Positions 13,501-27,819 of a stretch of 64,000 bases of DNA are shown in pieces. The translations under genes were made by a program, and so were the position numbers. Location: the NCBI RefSeq assembly GCF_964355755.1, contig NC_092670.1, positions 3,524,201 to 3,588,200 on the forward strand, given 5' to 3'. This DNA comes from Antedon mediterranea. Taxonomy: Eukaryota > Animalia > Echinodermata. The notes beneath the pieces are model-generated. The model was not told the origin of the DNA. It searched no databases and worked only from the letters and a program-made list of their open reading frames with translations. Within the stretch, counting starts at the first letter, position 1; every line of letters begins with the position of its first letter.

Positions 13501-16500
13501 GTGGTCTATTCCATCAGGTTGACGTGCTAATCTAAAGCTCTGTCTACTCTATCAAACTTTATGTGACAAACAAATGCGATGTGCCCATATATGGACATGA
13601 TGTCATATCACTACCATATTTGGGCAAAATAGTATGATAGTGTAGACAGAGCTTTAGTGTAGTATACAGCTCTGTTCTTGTGATATTATATACTAACTGT
13701 TAGAAGTCTTTGATTATAAAAGTTAAGATAAATTTAGTATACAGTAGTGCACTGACAGTTTACTTAGGGTCATTGAAATTTGAAAATTGATTTTTTAGAT
13801 ATTGACTTAGGGTTTTATGTCGACAAAGAAATAAATGATCTTGCCTAATTAACTCAGTTAATTAATCCAAAGTCTGAAATATAAGACTTCAATTAACGAT
13901 GTCAATGTCAGTCACGCAGAAAGAGCAGAAGTATTATTGAAATCACATTGTTGTCTTATGAGGCATAAAATTACACTGTATCTATATATTATTAAATTAT
14001 GAGACTTATTAAATATTAAATTAATTAAGTAGACATTTTTCATGTATAGTGCATGAATTATGAAGAAAATAGGAACATTTTGATGTTGGATATTAACAAG
14101 AACTTCATGAAAATAAATTAGAGAGAGGACACTGCATACAGTATACAGCTAGGGGACTTCTCATAGGCTAATGTAAACTATTAAATAACCCATGGGGGCT
14201 TTGTGGGAGACCTTTTGGACAGCCTGCAGTATATGGTATTGGTAAGTACTTAGCCTGGCTAATAATAACAAATTAAAGCTTAAAATTCTGAATTTGAAAA
14301 AGTGGTACATTTTTTAAATTTACAATTTGAATATTTCTGGTAGAAATTATATTTAAGATGTTAATAACTGCAATAAGATAAATTTTAATTTAACATTAAG
14401 GATAATTCTTAATATTTCAGACTAGAGGAAATAAACAGTTTACAATGTATTATTATAACCAGACAGTGCGATTTATAGATTGTGTTGACCTCTAGGTTAA
14501 GTATGGTAAAGTATTTAACCATTGTAAAGGTGTGATGATAAGGATATTAACTGTCTGTGAATTTCTTCTTTATAAACTATTATGGTGATGAACTTCTAGG
14601 TATTTACTCTACTGTACCTACTATATTAATATATGGAATTTTTATTCTGAAATAAAGTGATCAATCAATACAGAAATAATAAAGGAATAATAATAATAAG
14701 GAAGGAAAATAAAATAAAATGAATAAAAATCAATATAATTATATTTTGCTTTTAATACATTTCTCAGTAATTTAGTAATTATGAAACATGAAACTGATAC
14801 TCAGTTTGTGAACAGAAACTAAATACTGAACAACAACAGCACTTTACAATCAAATGTATTGATTTGACGACCGCAATATAATATTTCATAAAAATGTATG
14901 ATTCGGTTCAATGAAGTTTGAATATGCAGATGGAATTAGTCAAATAAATTGATGTGTAATTTCTTGATAATGATATTTAGTAAAATGCTTTTACAAAAAT
15001 ACAATACATTTATTTTTGTTTTTTAATTTAGCAGCAATAATAAAAATTACGATTTATTTGTTTTGCTTAATGTTTTGATGATAATATTTGTATACCAATT
15101 TTAGAATGTTAATGTGGTGTACATTTTCAACCAGATAATACTACAGGTATAAATCATGGTCTTTTTTAGAAGGGCTGTGTTCACCAAAGCAAAGCCCTGG
15201 TACAGTAAAGACAATAATTAACATACAGTAGTTTAAGTTGTGTTTGCATGGGAAGGGTCAACGAGTTTGTCAATATGGCTGTACTTTCATTGCATACCGT
15301 GTAATTCATTACGTAGCCAATACCACAAGATGCGTAAATAGACTTAACAAGGAATTAATAAGTCGGTTATTTGCAAAGCACGTATCATTGATTAATAAAG
15401 TAAATTTACATTCCATAGCTCAATGACGTGCAGTATCCCGTTAGCTAATTAAACGGCTTGTGAATTTTTAAACTGAAAAATGAATTCATACAGTAATCAC
15501 ATAAGTGGAATTTGATGGTTTGGTTATGAAGAAAGGGTGGTTTAAATCGGATGCCATGAATTGGTATCACAACAAAAATTATTTCACAATTCAAAGCACC
15601 ACCTAAGTATACAAATTGCATAAAGACAGTTTCAAAATAAAAATAAAAGATGGCCGAAACAAAAATTAGTTTAACGTCTCTATCCACATGACTCAAATTT
15701 GCTATTTTTTAATGGTAATTTAAAAAAAAAAATCAAAGAATAATTTTTATTTTATATCAATCGCAGATCGCAGTCGTCAAGCATTCTGAATGTATCATTG
15801 CACCAAAATAGCTATAGTTAAAACTCCTTTTCATGAAGAAATAAAAAAATAAGAAGCAGTGAAATGAAAATAAAAGATTTATTACAGGACCTAAGGTCAA
15901 TTTTAGCACAGGCTTGTGCATTACAGAATAGTGCAGTAAACCAGGCAACACATGGTCTAACAACAACAGACCCTGGATACAATTGCACTATTATGATGCG
16001 ACAGCCTATTGTTCTTATTGGTGACTCATACATCATATGGCATCTACACAACTATACAAATTAATTACTTACTGAAGCAAGCTGGAGTATACGGATTCCA
16101 CAACACACAAAAAATTGAAACAATTACATAAACTAAAAAAGTGGTGTTGGTAGTCTATAGGTGTTAGCTTACCTGGATAAACCAACATTGACCTACAACT
16201 CGAATATATACAAATTTATGAAACACCCAAACAGATAATGGTACAGTACATTCCCTGCATTGGCATATTCTCTCCGAGAAGAGAGCTACAACTCGAATAT
16301 ATACAATTTTCTGAAACATCCCTATCAGATAATGGTACATTCCATAAACATTCCCCTTGTGGTAGCATCCCAACACATAACCATCATCAAAACAAAAAAT
16401 TGAATTGGTCCATGCCTAGTGACATCACAATAGGTTAACCATGGGTTAACTAACCTTAAAAAACAGATTAAATTAAGAATAAAACACTAAACTTATTTTA

Positions 16501-19500
16501 TAATAATTGATTAACATGATGTCTCTGCTGACCTTTCCATTTATCCTAAACGAAATGGAATTAAAGAACAAAAGGTGAATACTACTGTCAGGTCATGTAA
16601 TGTATTTAATCGAAAAGCGGATTGCATTTAAGTACACTTGTATATGAATGGATTAAGGTCATAAGATCAAAAGGCAATATTTTTGTTTTGCAGTAAAAAT
16701 TGAATATCATTGATAATAATGATAGAACCTGCTGAGTAAGGTCATAATTAGCGTAAAAGAAACACAATAATTGTGTAATCTGTTAAGTAGGCACAACACA
16801 CACAAACCAAAAGTGGTGTTGGTACAGTAGTCTAATGAGTGCCATTTACTGTACCTGGATTAAACAACCTTCCCTCCTCCCCGTGCGACAAATGTCTTGG
16901 GAATGGTAACTGAGGTTTGCATTGTGAGACTAGAGCACGCTTCACAGACTATACCACCAATTTTCTCTCCTCACAAGGGAAAAGGGTCTATGTCAGTTTA
17001 TCCGGGTATGTAGGCACGATATAAACTTTATAATTCTAATATCTATCTATATTACAATTGCTTTTTTCAATTATTTATTGTTCTTTAACAATAGAGTTTC
17101 AAGTTTCTGCAGGTATTAAATGCTGAGTCAACTTATAAATAACTGAATAATAATTCAAAGAAAGATGGTTTCAGTCTTTTGTTTTTAAGATTGTTCAAGA
17201 AATTTGGACATTTGAACGATGATCTCAGGGGAAATACTACGACTGAGATAAAGGAAGCGTTGAATTGATTATTTTTGCAGATATTTCTTGTACGTCACAC
17301 TGATGATGAGCTTTGGTAGATGCCTACCACATTTCCTGTTAATATCGTACTATCATTATTGGTCTATGCTTCCTCAAAAAACATAAATTAATTATGTATT
17401 AAAAACATGTACTGTACAAGGACTGTAGTTGGTACAAAGTCTTTCTTACAATGAATGCAAGATATTTGGAACGTTGTACACTTGAGATCTGTCTAAAAAA
17501 TAACTTAAAAGAAAGAATAACATGTGAAAGTCTTTCAACCCTGGCCCCACCCACTTTTGGAAACGCCCATGTCTCTACTGTATGTATACAAACTTATAGT
17601 TATACAGTATTTTCTACAGTATCTATTCTAACTAGCCCTCCCATTCCAAAAAAAATTCTCTCCAAAATAATCATCAAATTTTAATGTTCTTATTTTTTAT
17701 TTATTTAATTTCAATCCATTGTACACTGTATTATTGTCGAAGTGTGAGAAAACAAAAAACAAACAAAATATAAACCGCACCTTTTTGCTCGCTCAAGATC
17801 ATCATTTGACTGTTCTAATTCACGTATATATTTTTGTAGTTCATCTTTGATGGCTGTGATCTGCGCTAATGTATCTTCTAACTCATTAATTTGTTTTAAA
17901 AAACCTCTTTGTGATACCTCAAGTCTTTCCTAAAATAAAGAAGATAAATAAACAATTACTGTATAGTGTACAATATTATGCAAAACAAAGCGGGAAATTA
18001 AAGTGTTGGTACAGAAGCACGATTCTCGGTACAGTACTGTATCTATTTCCAAAGTATCATAGGAATATTTAATAATTACAACATCACATGTGTTTCATAT
18101 GTATTTAGTTGTAACATAACCTAACCTTACATGATACAGGCACAACATGTGATATGAATGATGCTGCACAGTATTAATTTACCAAATATATGATTCGGAA
18201 TTAGTTAATTACATTATGTAGAGATCTAGCACTGGGATGCTACTAAAAACAGGATGTTTTTATGGTTGCCACCACTTTTCATAAACAATGTGACAGTCTA
18301 CCTTTAATGATTCTACTTCCATCTGCTGTCTTTGGTTGCTGGACGTAAGATCTTTGATTTTAGCCTCTGCGTGCTCCAACTGAGTCTCAAGTTCAGCCTC
18401 TAATTCTCGACTACTTATCTGATATTCTTCAAAATCTTCTTTCGTTTCTTCAAGACTGCAAAGATATATAAAAGTAAAACAGTATTTATAAAGTATTTTT
18501 CAAAATGAACTTGTTATCGAAACTCTGGTGAAAGGAATAGACACATATATGGTACCAAGACAAAGGTAGTGTCTGGTATAAAACATGTGGGTAGTACTGT
18601 AGTACTAGTACTGTACTGCTGCACAATTCAAACTACAGCAGGTACTAACTTTACGTCCAAGAGACTGACTTCAATGTTCAAGTCTAAAAATCTTCTGACA
18701 TTACAGTATTCCTTTATTCGTCATAACTGAGGAAGTCCTACCGGGTAGTAAACAAAACTAACAAATAACAGTTAGCTTAGTAGTAAGGTATAGTTTTAAA
18801 ATAAATATTTTAAAATCTTTATGAAGCCTCCAACATTGTAGAGAGTTGAAATCAGAAGAAACTAGAAAGTATGGCTGACAATATAAACCAAAGATACTGT
18901 ATTTGCAACTAATGTCTAGAGCATAATTACAGTGACACAGAAAGATAAAAGAGAATCCTAACAATAGAATATTATTAGGAGTCGAGAAAGAATCATCAAT
19001 AGAATCGATTAAAAAAACGAGACAAGACGTAACAATGGCAACTAGGAATCTTGGTAGAACCGAAATAAATGACAAACTAAGTCGGCTGCAGGTAGAATCA
19101 CAATTCTAATCGGAAATAAAATATTCAGGAATAATGAATATATTATTAGATAATATAATATGCAACTGCGAAATTGCAGGCATGAATCAATATACTGTGA
19201 AGAGTTTATTTTCACGTCCTGAAATGTTAAAGTACTGTATGGTAATATGTTGAGGCCTTTAATTTTGGCAAAGTACTGTAATACAGTACTCTACCTGTAC
19301 TTGTACAGTGTGATGGTTATTACCATAATATTATTATTGATATCATAAGCATAATGCAATCACTTATTATGTAGAAATGAATTAATGTGTGACTGTACAG
19401 AGTGTATACAGTATGTAAAGTAGGATTTCAAGTCGCTTTTAGACAAAACAAAACAGCATACGACAAGCGCATATTACTGTGCAATACTGTAGGTGAACTT

Positions 19501-22500
19501 CAACATTAACATTACAAATTTGATGAAATTAACTAATTTATATAGTAACATTTACTTCTTAGTCTTAAAACTATAATTAAAAATATAACTACTTCAACCA
19601 GTATGTCTCCATCTACAGTACTATAAAGCTAAATACGCTAACAGTACAGTAGTTATATTTAATATACTCGAACAGTACAATTTTAATAAAATAAACTAAT
19701 TGTTATTGCTGTACTGCTAAAAATACAGTCAAACTGTATTAAAAATAACCTACTGTTACACAATTGAAAATAGTTAAATTAGACACAGACAAATTAATTA
19801 CAACTGGGACGACGATTACACATGCAAACAAAAAATGAATAACTGACCTACGAGAAATCTAAGATCAAAATTAGATGACTGTAAACTAATCAATGAGATA
19901 ACATCGACGTCTTACGGCAGCTACCAAACATCGCGTTCTAAAGCATCAAATTTTCCTTAAAGAGCAATTTCGTAGCGTGATATTTTATCGGTGAATATTA
20001 GCCAGTGTTGAGTATTAGAATATGTAAGCAATGCTGTCATGTTTTTATGCGAATGTGTGAAAGAATGAAAAGAGCGAAATAATTGATGGCTGGTAACAGA
20101 CTCTACAGCCGTCGGCAACCACTTAATGTCATCATGCATACAATTTCTAACGAGCCAACAAATATTCTGCATAATTTGACCTAATTCCATATTCTTGTTT
20201 TTATTGATTGGTAAATAATATGATTTTTTGTAGAAATTGTATGTTTTTTTGACATGATGTCATACAGTACTTGCAATAATTGTATCCATCAGTATCTCAA
20301 AGAAAAGTATTGTAATTAATAAATTTATACAATTTAGTATTTCATTTATTCGTTGAATGTTGATTGAAATAAATTTAAAGGTGAAAATATTATACACCAT
20401 TTACTACAGTACTGTACATGGACAAATCAACAACTACAGAACAGTAGTATGATGTCCAGAAACCGAGGTACAGTATTGCATACAGTATAGAGAGAGAAAG
20501 ACTAGAAACCAGAAGAGGCAACCCTACAATTTAAAGATCATTAGTACGGTAAAGGATTGACAACCATCGAGAATAAAAAAATGTCACCAAAATAACATTG
20601 ACCTCAGTTTGACCCTCATTCTATCTAGTAATGAACTGGGGCTTTCGTTCTATGATTTCACTCAAAAGTAGAGGAACACTAATGTATACATAACATACAG
20701 TAAAGCAGTATTTATCGCTTACCTCTAGCTTGTACTGTTTTAGTAGATTGGAAAAAAACCTGTGCCAGCCAGTCCGTTGATCAAACATAAGTCTAACAAT
20801 ATTCAGTAATAAGTCTCTAATATACTGTACGACAGTTAGAAATTACTCAACTGCATCAAATGACAATGTTAATCACAAATAGAGTTAAGAAATGCCAATG
20901 GCGTTTTTCATTCTTCTCTCCGGTCCCCCTCTCTGTATCATCACTAGAATGAGGTCATTCATAAAGAAGTAGTAGTAGTAGATGGTTAGAATGACCTTAA
21001 AGGCACTGATGCATACAGTAAGTTATTTATTGAGATGCATTCCTTAAATTGCTAATAGTTAGAGGCTGAGTGTGAAAAGTATAAGCCATGCTACAGTACA
21101 GTATGTAATTTGTCTTGTAGACAAGAGGACCTGCAAGGGTGTTTACCAAAAGAACAGTTCTTGTATTTTGCAATAATACAGTACATTTTCCTTAACCAGC
21201 AAAATGCACACTTTTTTTTGGAAATACTGTATTAAACTATTACAATAGATCCCCTACCAAGGGAACACCAACAAAACGTCCCTTGAATGATGGAATGTCA
21301 ATTGAATAGGGATTGGTCATAGTGAACATACAGTATAATGTTCCCTCGTTTGTTTCATAGGAAAGTGTCCCCTTTAATAGCGGTGTCCTCAAAATATTTC
21401 ACCTCTTACACTTCACAACATGAATTGGAATTTTAAAATATATAAAAAGTATCTTAACTATACAGAGTAGTATAATAAAATGTCATTAGAATTGTCATCA
21501 TTTAATTAATGCATTCAAATCATTATGAATTTTCATTCATAAATTATTCATATATTATGATTGACCTGTAAGAAGGACAAACTATTCATGTTATTGTCAC
21601 TATTATGACTTATTAGTAATTGGTTAAATGTGTTGTCATTACAGTAGTATTGTTTAAATGTAGGATAGTATATTCAGGTCACAAAGGTCAAATTCATCAG
21701 GAAGTATTATCATCTATAAATAAATTACTGCTATAGAGATATTTCTCAATAGAAGATGACATGTGATGTGGCAAGTGTGTATAATGATGCAATCAACTCA
21801 TGGTGTATTCCTACAGACAATAATATCAAAGAAATCATTTTCTGATTTTCCTAATTTAAAATTTTCCAGGAAAAAAAAATGCTTTGATTGAAATACACAA
21901 GCTTTATATGTATAGTAGTATACAGTAGGCTGCTGTAATCAGTTGCCATGTTTAGTGGGCAAGCGCTGATCTCAATTGTACAGTAGGAATACTGCATCAT
22001 GCACAACATACTGTACAGTAATGTAGGCCTACACCCTACAGTACAATAGATAAAACTGGTAACTGTGAGATTGCAATAATGTCTAGTGTAAATCTTAAAA
22101 GTCAAAACGGAAAGAAGGAACCATAAACTGTATCGCAAACCATTCAGACAATATTAGTCTACACCATATGATAATCTGCAGCAAAATTATAGAATAGGTG
22201 GTAAGTATAGTGAATAGAATGTCATTACATTCTATTGTGCTACTTGTTAATGAAACAACTTATGAACTCATGGCCAGACAAAATCAATTGAATGACTACA
22301 ATCCATTCAATTCGTTCTAATGTGGTTTAATAGTTTGTTTATTATCATCCAGACTAGGGATTTTAAAAATCATACTTGTTTGTTTGTTTTTCTTTCAAAT
22401 CCATCCAAAGTACGGTACATAAAAACAGTTTTAAAAATGAAAAACATCAGAGAAAAATAACAAAGAAAAAACATTTGATGATGAATTCAGGACAACCAAA

Positions 22501-23813
22501 TTAATCCGAAAAAAAAACTTTACTGGTACTGACTGGTAAGAAAGAATTTCGGACCCTTTAGACCTCAAAGAAAGTGCTGGGTTTCAAGCAACACACTTAA
22601 GCCTACAGTATCAAGTAATTAGCTTGGCTGGAAATGTCTAAGGCTACTGTTTAGGCCATGTTAAAAAGACTGCAATTAGGAAATTGTACTACAAGTACTG
22701 TACAGGTTGGACATAAAATCTGCAAAATTCATACAAAAAGAAGTTTGTAGTGTACCTTCATTTTCAATCATTGAAATGGTAGAAAATTATGCATGGCATT
22801 ATCAATCAATGGACAGATTTTAATTAGTTTTTAAATGAGAAATATGTTATGTAATTAACTTTTTTTTATTTGAAACATATCTTCAGGCACAATATTTTAG
22901 GATTACTGCAGGTACAAGTGTACAGGATATTAATCTGGTGGTTAAGTAGTGATGGTACAACAGTACTTTACTCTATCATCAGGAATATAATTGTGCTGGG
23001 TAAAAAAGAGGGTAGGGTCACTTTTACTGGGTATACAGACCCTACTCTAGGCCTGTAAATAATGTAAAGTGTGTACATTTTACATATACAGTACTGGCAA
23101 CCAAGGAAAAGCACAACAAAGTATAGCCTATACAGAAGCATAATACATATTTTTACTGTATTGTAGATGAAGCTGTAGACATAGTTCTTCCATCTACCCA
23201 AACATATTATGCAAAAGCATTTTTTTACCCTTTCACAATGAATATCGTGAAATGTCAATGATAACAATAATCCTAGTTAGTAGATGTTCTTGTTATCGTT
23301 TTTTTTTGCAACCCATGTTATATTCATTTACAATACATTACAAATTACTATTTATATTATTAATTATAACTTGCATAACATTTATTAAATTACTTTATAA
23401 ATAATATTAATTAAACAAAACAATACAAGACAGTCCTACCTACTTTACTGTAGGATGATTTTGTATTGTTGTAGCTGTTCAAATAATTTAATTTATTAAT
23501 AATATTATATTTTATTTTAGCCAAAAAACAATTACATGAATGATAAATACAATCGAGTCAGAATAGAATCAAAGAAAAAAAACAACTTCCAAAAAAAGTT
23601 AATAAAAATAAAATTAAAAAACAGACTTTATTTCATCCTTTGCAGAAAAAAATTTAGAGAAACACTGAAAAGGTAAACCCACCAAATTTACTAAATAAAA
23701 AGTAAAAATAATCAATTTATCCTACTGTACCTTTGTTTGAAATCAAATGATAAATTTCTCCAATATAAAGCCTCTTCTTCTATAGTGGCAAACTTTGGAA
23801 TATCTACTTCCAT
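10562..23813 (-). CDS. NDEL1: Nuclear distribution protein nudE homolog (NDE1/NDEL1 family)
   Basis: Exons 23813-23731, 18455-18302, 17929-17781, 13333-13288, 13027-12937, 12788-12591, 12062-11935, 11471-11389, 10637-10562 splice in frame: [18 protein letters not shown]...[12 protein letters not shown]...[14 protein letters not shown]...[27 protein letters not shown]...[34 protein letters not shown]...GMVKITV*. Probably the single invertebrate NDE1/NDEL1 ortholog. Confidence 0.96.
12214..12375. mobile_element. MITE family A (PIF/Harbinger-Tourist-like)
   Basis: taaagctctgtcaacactctcaaac ... gtttgatagtgtagacagagcttta; TWA-type flanks; in NDEL1 intron. Confidence 0.8.
13533..13656. mobile_element. 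MITE family A
   Basis: taaagctctgtctactctatcaaac ... gatagtgtagacagagcttta. Confidence 0.8.
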
Positions 23814-24289
23814 TATTGTTTTGTTTTATTTATAAAATATCCAGACAAAAAAAACCACAACCGCCAAAAATGAGATGTACTGTTGTAGTTCAGTCAGTGA
23901 ATTTGATTAGATAGACCTAGGTAAACACAGTGCTCTACTACTGTTCCTTTAAATATAAATTCTGGATCCCAAATGTATTACAACATGTATCCTTCTGTAG
24001 GCCTAATTGGAATACCACAATATCTTGCTTTCCAGTAATCGACACGCTCGCCTTCCGTAAACAGCTGATCGTCACCTCTCCCTTTTCGGTCAAAAACAAG
24101 AAGCAAGCTAGCCTAGCTAGCGTAAGTTTGACAACCTAAATACTCCGTTTAACAAATAGATTCAAATTTTAGTCCTGAAAACAATAAACATACACTTCCA
24201 AAGATGATCAAAATCAACAAAACACACGTCAGTTTAATGTATATAAAACTATAACAACTTATTTAGGCCTAGCCTCCTAGGCCTATTCC

Positions 24290-25150
24290 AAAAATATAAC
24301 GTATTACCAATGGCGGATATCGACACTTTAAATGTAAATGCTGCCACCACCGAAGAGAGCCGATCGATAAGGCCGTTTCCCCCCCGGAAGTAAATTACAA
24401 TAGGCACCAACTGTCAAACTAACAAAAACAAATAAAAGGCCTATTATTTTGTTCAAGCTTTTATTTAAAGATGTATTGTCCCTTTGACAAATTTAAAAAA
24501 AAAATTACAAAAAAGATTCCGAAAAAAAGTGAGTCATGGTTAGTGAAATACTCCTATAGTTTGTGAAATTAAAGTAGCATATTCAACAACAAAAATAAAA
24601 ATATTTGTTCAGGGGGACAATTGCAAGCAACGTCTCGTCGGCGCTATATCGGACGCAATGATTTTCATCTTTTTCATGCCACTAAAAATATGTTAATTCC
24701 CGGTGGGTATGAAACAGAAATGCGTCTAAATAAATAGTGATTGTTATACGACAATTCTTATCTTGATTTTTCAAGTTAATATTGATAAAAGGATAATTGG
24801 AACACACAGAAATACAGACTTTGTGAGAACTGCGCAGGAATTGATCCTTGCGTTCAGAGGCCAAGTAATCGTATTCCATGTAGTATTTGTTGTATTATAT
24901 TGTAAAATTTAGCCTACAACAATAATATAACTGTCAGTGCGCCACCTTTAGTAAGATTAAACAATTGAGGGCAGTATTTCTAAACGTCCGAAAGGAAGGC
25001 GCGCGAAAAGAGCACCACGTTGTCACTCCTCTAAGGTGTATCGTCTGCTCAGTTCTCACAGCATATCTTTATTTCGAGTTTAGGTTTTCGTAGTGGTCAT
25101 CTTTATTCTAGAATTTAGATTATCAGTATCGGTTGGAGGTGTATTGTGGA
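24290..25150. promoter_or_regulatory. Probable bidirectional promoter region of NDEL1/NUDT1
   Basis: CpG-richer stretch between divergent genes; YY1-like aatggcgg (24309) and ETS ccggaagt (24384). TSS positions not determinable. Confidence 0.4.
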
Positions 25151-25239
25151 AGGCACGTTTTAATTAATGGCGCTACTCAATTTTAGCAGGGCAGGCACCC
25201 TCTGACACTGTAACGATATGTCGGATACGTGTGTGAGAG

Positions 25240-25277
25240 CATAGAGATATTATAGTGAATACTATAATATCTGTATG
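25240..25277. mobile_element. 38-bp hairpin insertion with 7-bp TSD
   Basis: gtgagag|catagagatattatagt...actataatatctgtatg|gtgagag. Confidence 0.7.
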
Positions 25278-26161
25278 GTGAGAGTGGGATGCGACAGTTA
25301 GGCCAAATAGTAGAAAGGAATATTTCTAGAAATATGTGTTTTATGTCACTAGAGTAAGCGGGATCCGATTTAAGATACAGTATATTATTTTTAATTCACA
25401 ATGTTTGTCAGACATCTTCATGTAACCCGGAGTCTAGACCACGCCATGTGTGTCGATGATGCCGATGGCCAGGCTTTTAGTTCTTTCAGAAAGATCTACC
25501 GGGCATTGTAGGCCTATCTGTCCAATGTGTATTAGTACACACGTCGGGTAGGCTAATTACAGCTATCATTAGGCCATGGATGTTGTAAAATTATGGTGAG
25601 GTAGCCTACTGCAACTATATAGGCATCGGCCTAATCAGACAGTTTTGTTGTCTAAATATTATTATTAAACAGATTGGAAAATGATGTCCTTAATTTCAAT
25701 ATTTTCAAATCTGTTGAAATGAAGATTGGTATACGATCTATTCATGAACTAGGGCTAACTAAATCTATCTTTACTTGAACATTGTGTAAATGTTGGAACT
25801 TAGGCCTAATGGTTTGAAGATATTCTGTATGAAAGACAATGTGTTACTCTAACATAACATTTGTTTGTAGTGACTTGAGTCAATGGTAATATCTTGATTG
25901 ATGTCATTAGTAAAATAATGAGAGATAACTGAGGTGGGTTCGGGACTAGATATAACTTTTCCTAAATCGTGTGTGAATTCAGTTGTGTTGAATGAATTTG
26001 AATTATGGAAGATGGGAGGTCAAAGGACAAACTAATGTATAAAGACACCGACCGAGGATCAGCAGTAGACATAGACGTGAAGGGTAAACTATGTGAATTA
26101 ATTGACTTTCAAAGTACCTGTATTCATTTTCATGTACCCTTCAGATCAGGTTGTCGTCATA

Positions 26162-27086
26162 ATGGCTGTACCACCAAAGGTACTCACGCTCGTGTTAATT
26201 CGCGATTTAACAAAAAGACGGATACTATTGGGAATGAAGAAAAGAGGGTTCGGGAAAGGCAGATGGAATGGTTTTGGCGGGAAAGTAGAAGTTGGTGAAA
26301 CTATATGTGACGGTGCGAGACGGTAGGTAGCTAGTCTAGCTCTTGATTACGATGGTGTACAGTACGAAATCCCTCCAATATCATTTGATTGGAGAATATG
26401 TACATCAACAATTATCAGGCTACTATCCTGTAGTTAATAGAGAGCTTTCGATTTAAGAGATTTCTTCACTTTATTCCTCAACACACAGTTGGTGGATTTT
26501 CGGTGCATGACGTATAACTTAAATGGGTTCTAAATCGAAGCTCCCTTTAATGTTTATTTTAAGGGAAGTGCTCGAAGAATGTTGCTTAAAGTTAAATGAA
26601 ATCACCAAAGTAGGGCGTCTTGACTTTGAGTTTATTGGTGACCCTCAGATACTGAAGGTTCACGTGTTTCAGGCTACAGAGTATCACGGTAATGCTGAAG
26701 AAACAGAAGGTATGTATTTCATTTTTTCTGCAGTTTTATTTGAAGGTGGTTAAGGCTTAATCGTGGTAGCCGACTCACTAGTTGTAGGCCTACTGTTATT
26801 ATTTCATTACTTATCTTGATACGAAGGCACGACTGTAGTCGAAACAAACTCCTTAAACAATCGTCTACCCGCCGTATAATATTGCGTTTGTGCGTTTATT
26901 TCAGAAATGCGTCCTCGGTGGTTCCATGAGAATGAAATCCCATTCAGTAACATGTGGCCCGATGACGTCATGTGGTTCCCTTTAATGCTATCTGGCAAAA
27001 AGTTTTATGGATATTTTAAGTTCAAAGGTCATGATGATATCGTAGAACATACAATATCAGAAGTGGAAAACTTGGACGATGTTTAG
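26162..27086 (+). CDS. NUDT1: Oxidized purine nucleoside triphosphate hydrolase (MTH1)
   Basis: Exons 26162-26322, 26564-26709, 26905-27086: [21 protein letters not shown], Nudix box [29 protein letters not shown]...[10 protein letters not shown]...FYGYFKFKG. Confidence 0.95.
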
Positions 27087-27819
27087 TGACCAACCTTTTC
27101 ATTTTAAAACTAGGTTCAAAGGTCATGATGACATTGTAGTTATGCATAATCAGTGGAACAACTCTGTATTGCGAAGACTATATTTTAGTATTTTAGGCTA
27201 GATAGGTGCTGAACTTGGTGAACCTTTTTACATTTTTTCCTCGCCAAATGTAGGCATATACCTGTCCTGTACAGCCATTTTCTTTTTTGTATACTGTACG
27301 TTTGGAAACCTATGTACGTTTTTATCGAGTGACTACACAGATTATATTGGTACACCTATGGTGGAAATAAATATGTAGGACATAAAGAAATAACCGTGTT
27401 CCCATGTACAGTATTCTTTCTTTCGATAATTATTACCGAAACGGTCGCAATTCTTTTTAAATCAGTTGAAATAAACTCTTGAAATTCTCTCCCACTCCGC
27501 TACTTTACTGAGTCGTAATTCAATATTGACATTTATATATTGTAATTGAGGCATATGGAATATGACGTAGTAGAGGGGAGTGACTTTATTTGTAATCCGG
27601 ATCTAACTTCATTTCGTCATAAAACTGAAATCCCGAGTCTGACGGTTGAACGCACACAGATCAAAGTGTAAGCACGATCATGTGATGTTGATAAAGTATT
27701 ACCTCCTAGTGTTAGATCGTTTTATGCAATCGTTGGAAATAGGAAACCATACAGGAAAACCGGGTTTTCTGAACTTAAACGTAATGTACCGGTGAGACTA
27801 GTGGGCCTAAAATTACAGC

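Noticed and set aside
27113-27139. Copy of gttcaaaggtcatgatga in the NUDT1 3' UTR
   Set aside because: Short local duplication of last-exon sequence after the stop; no functional indication.
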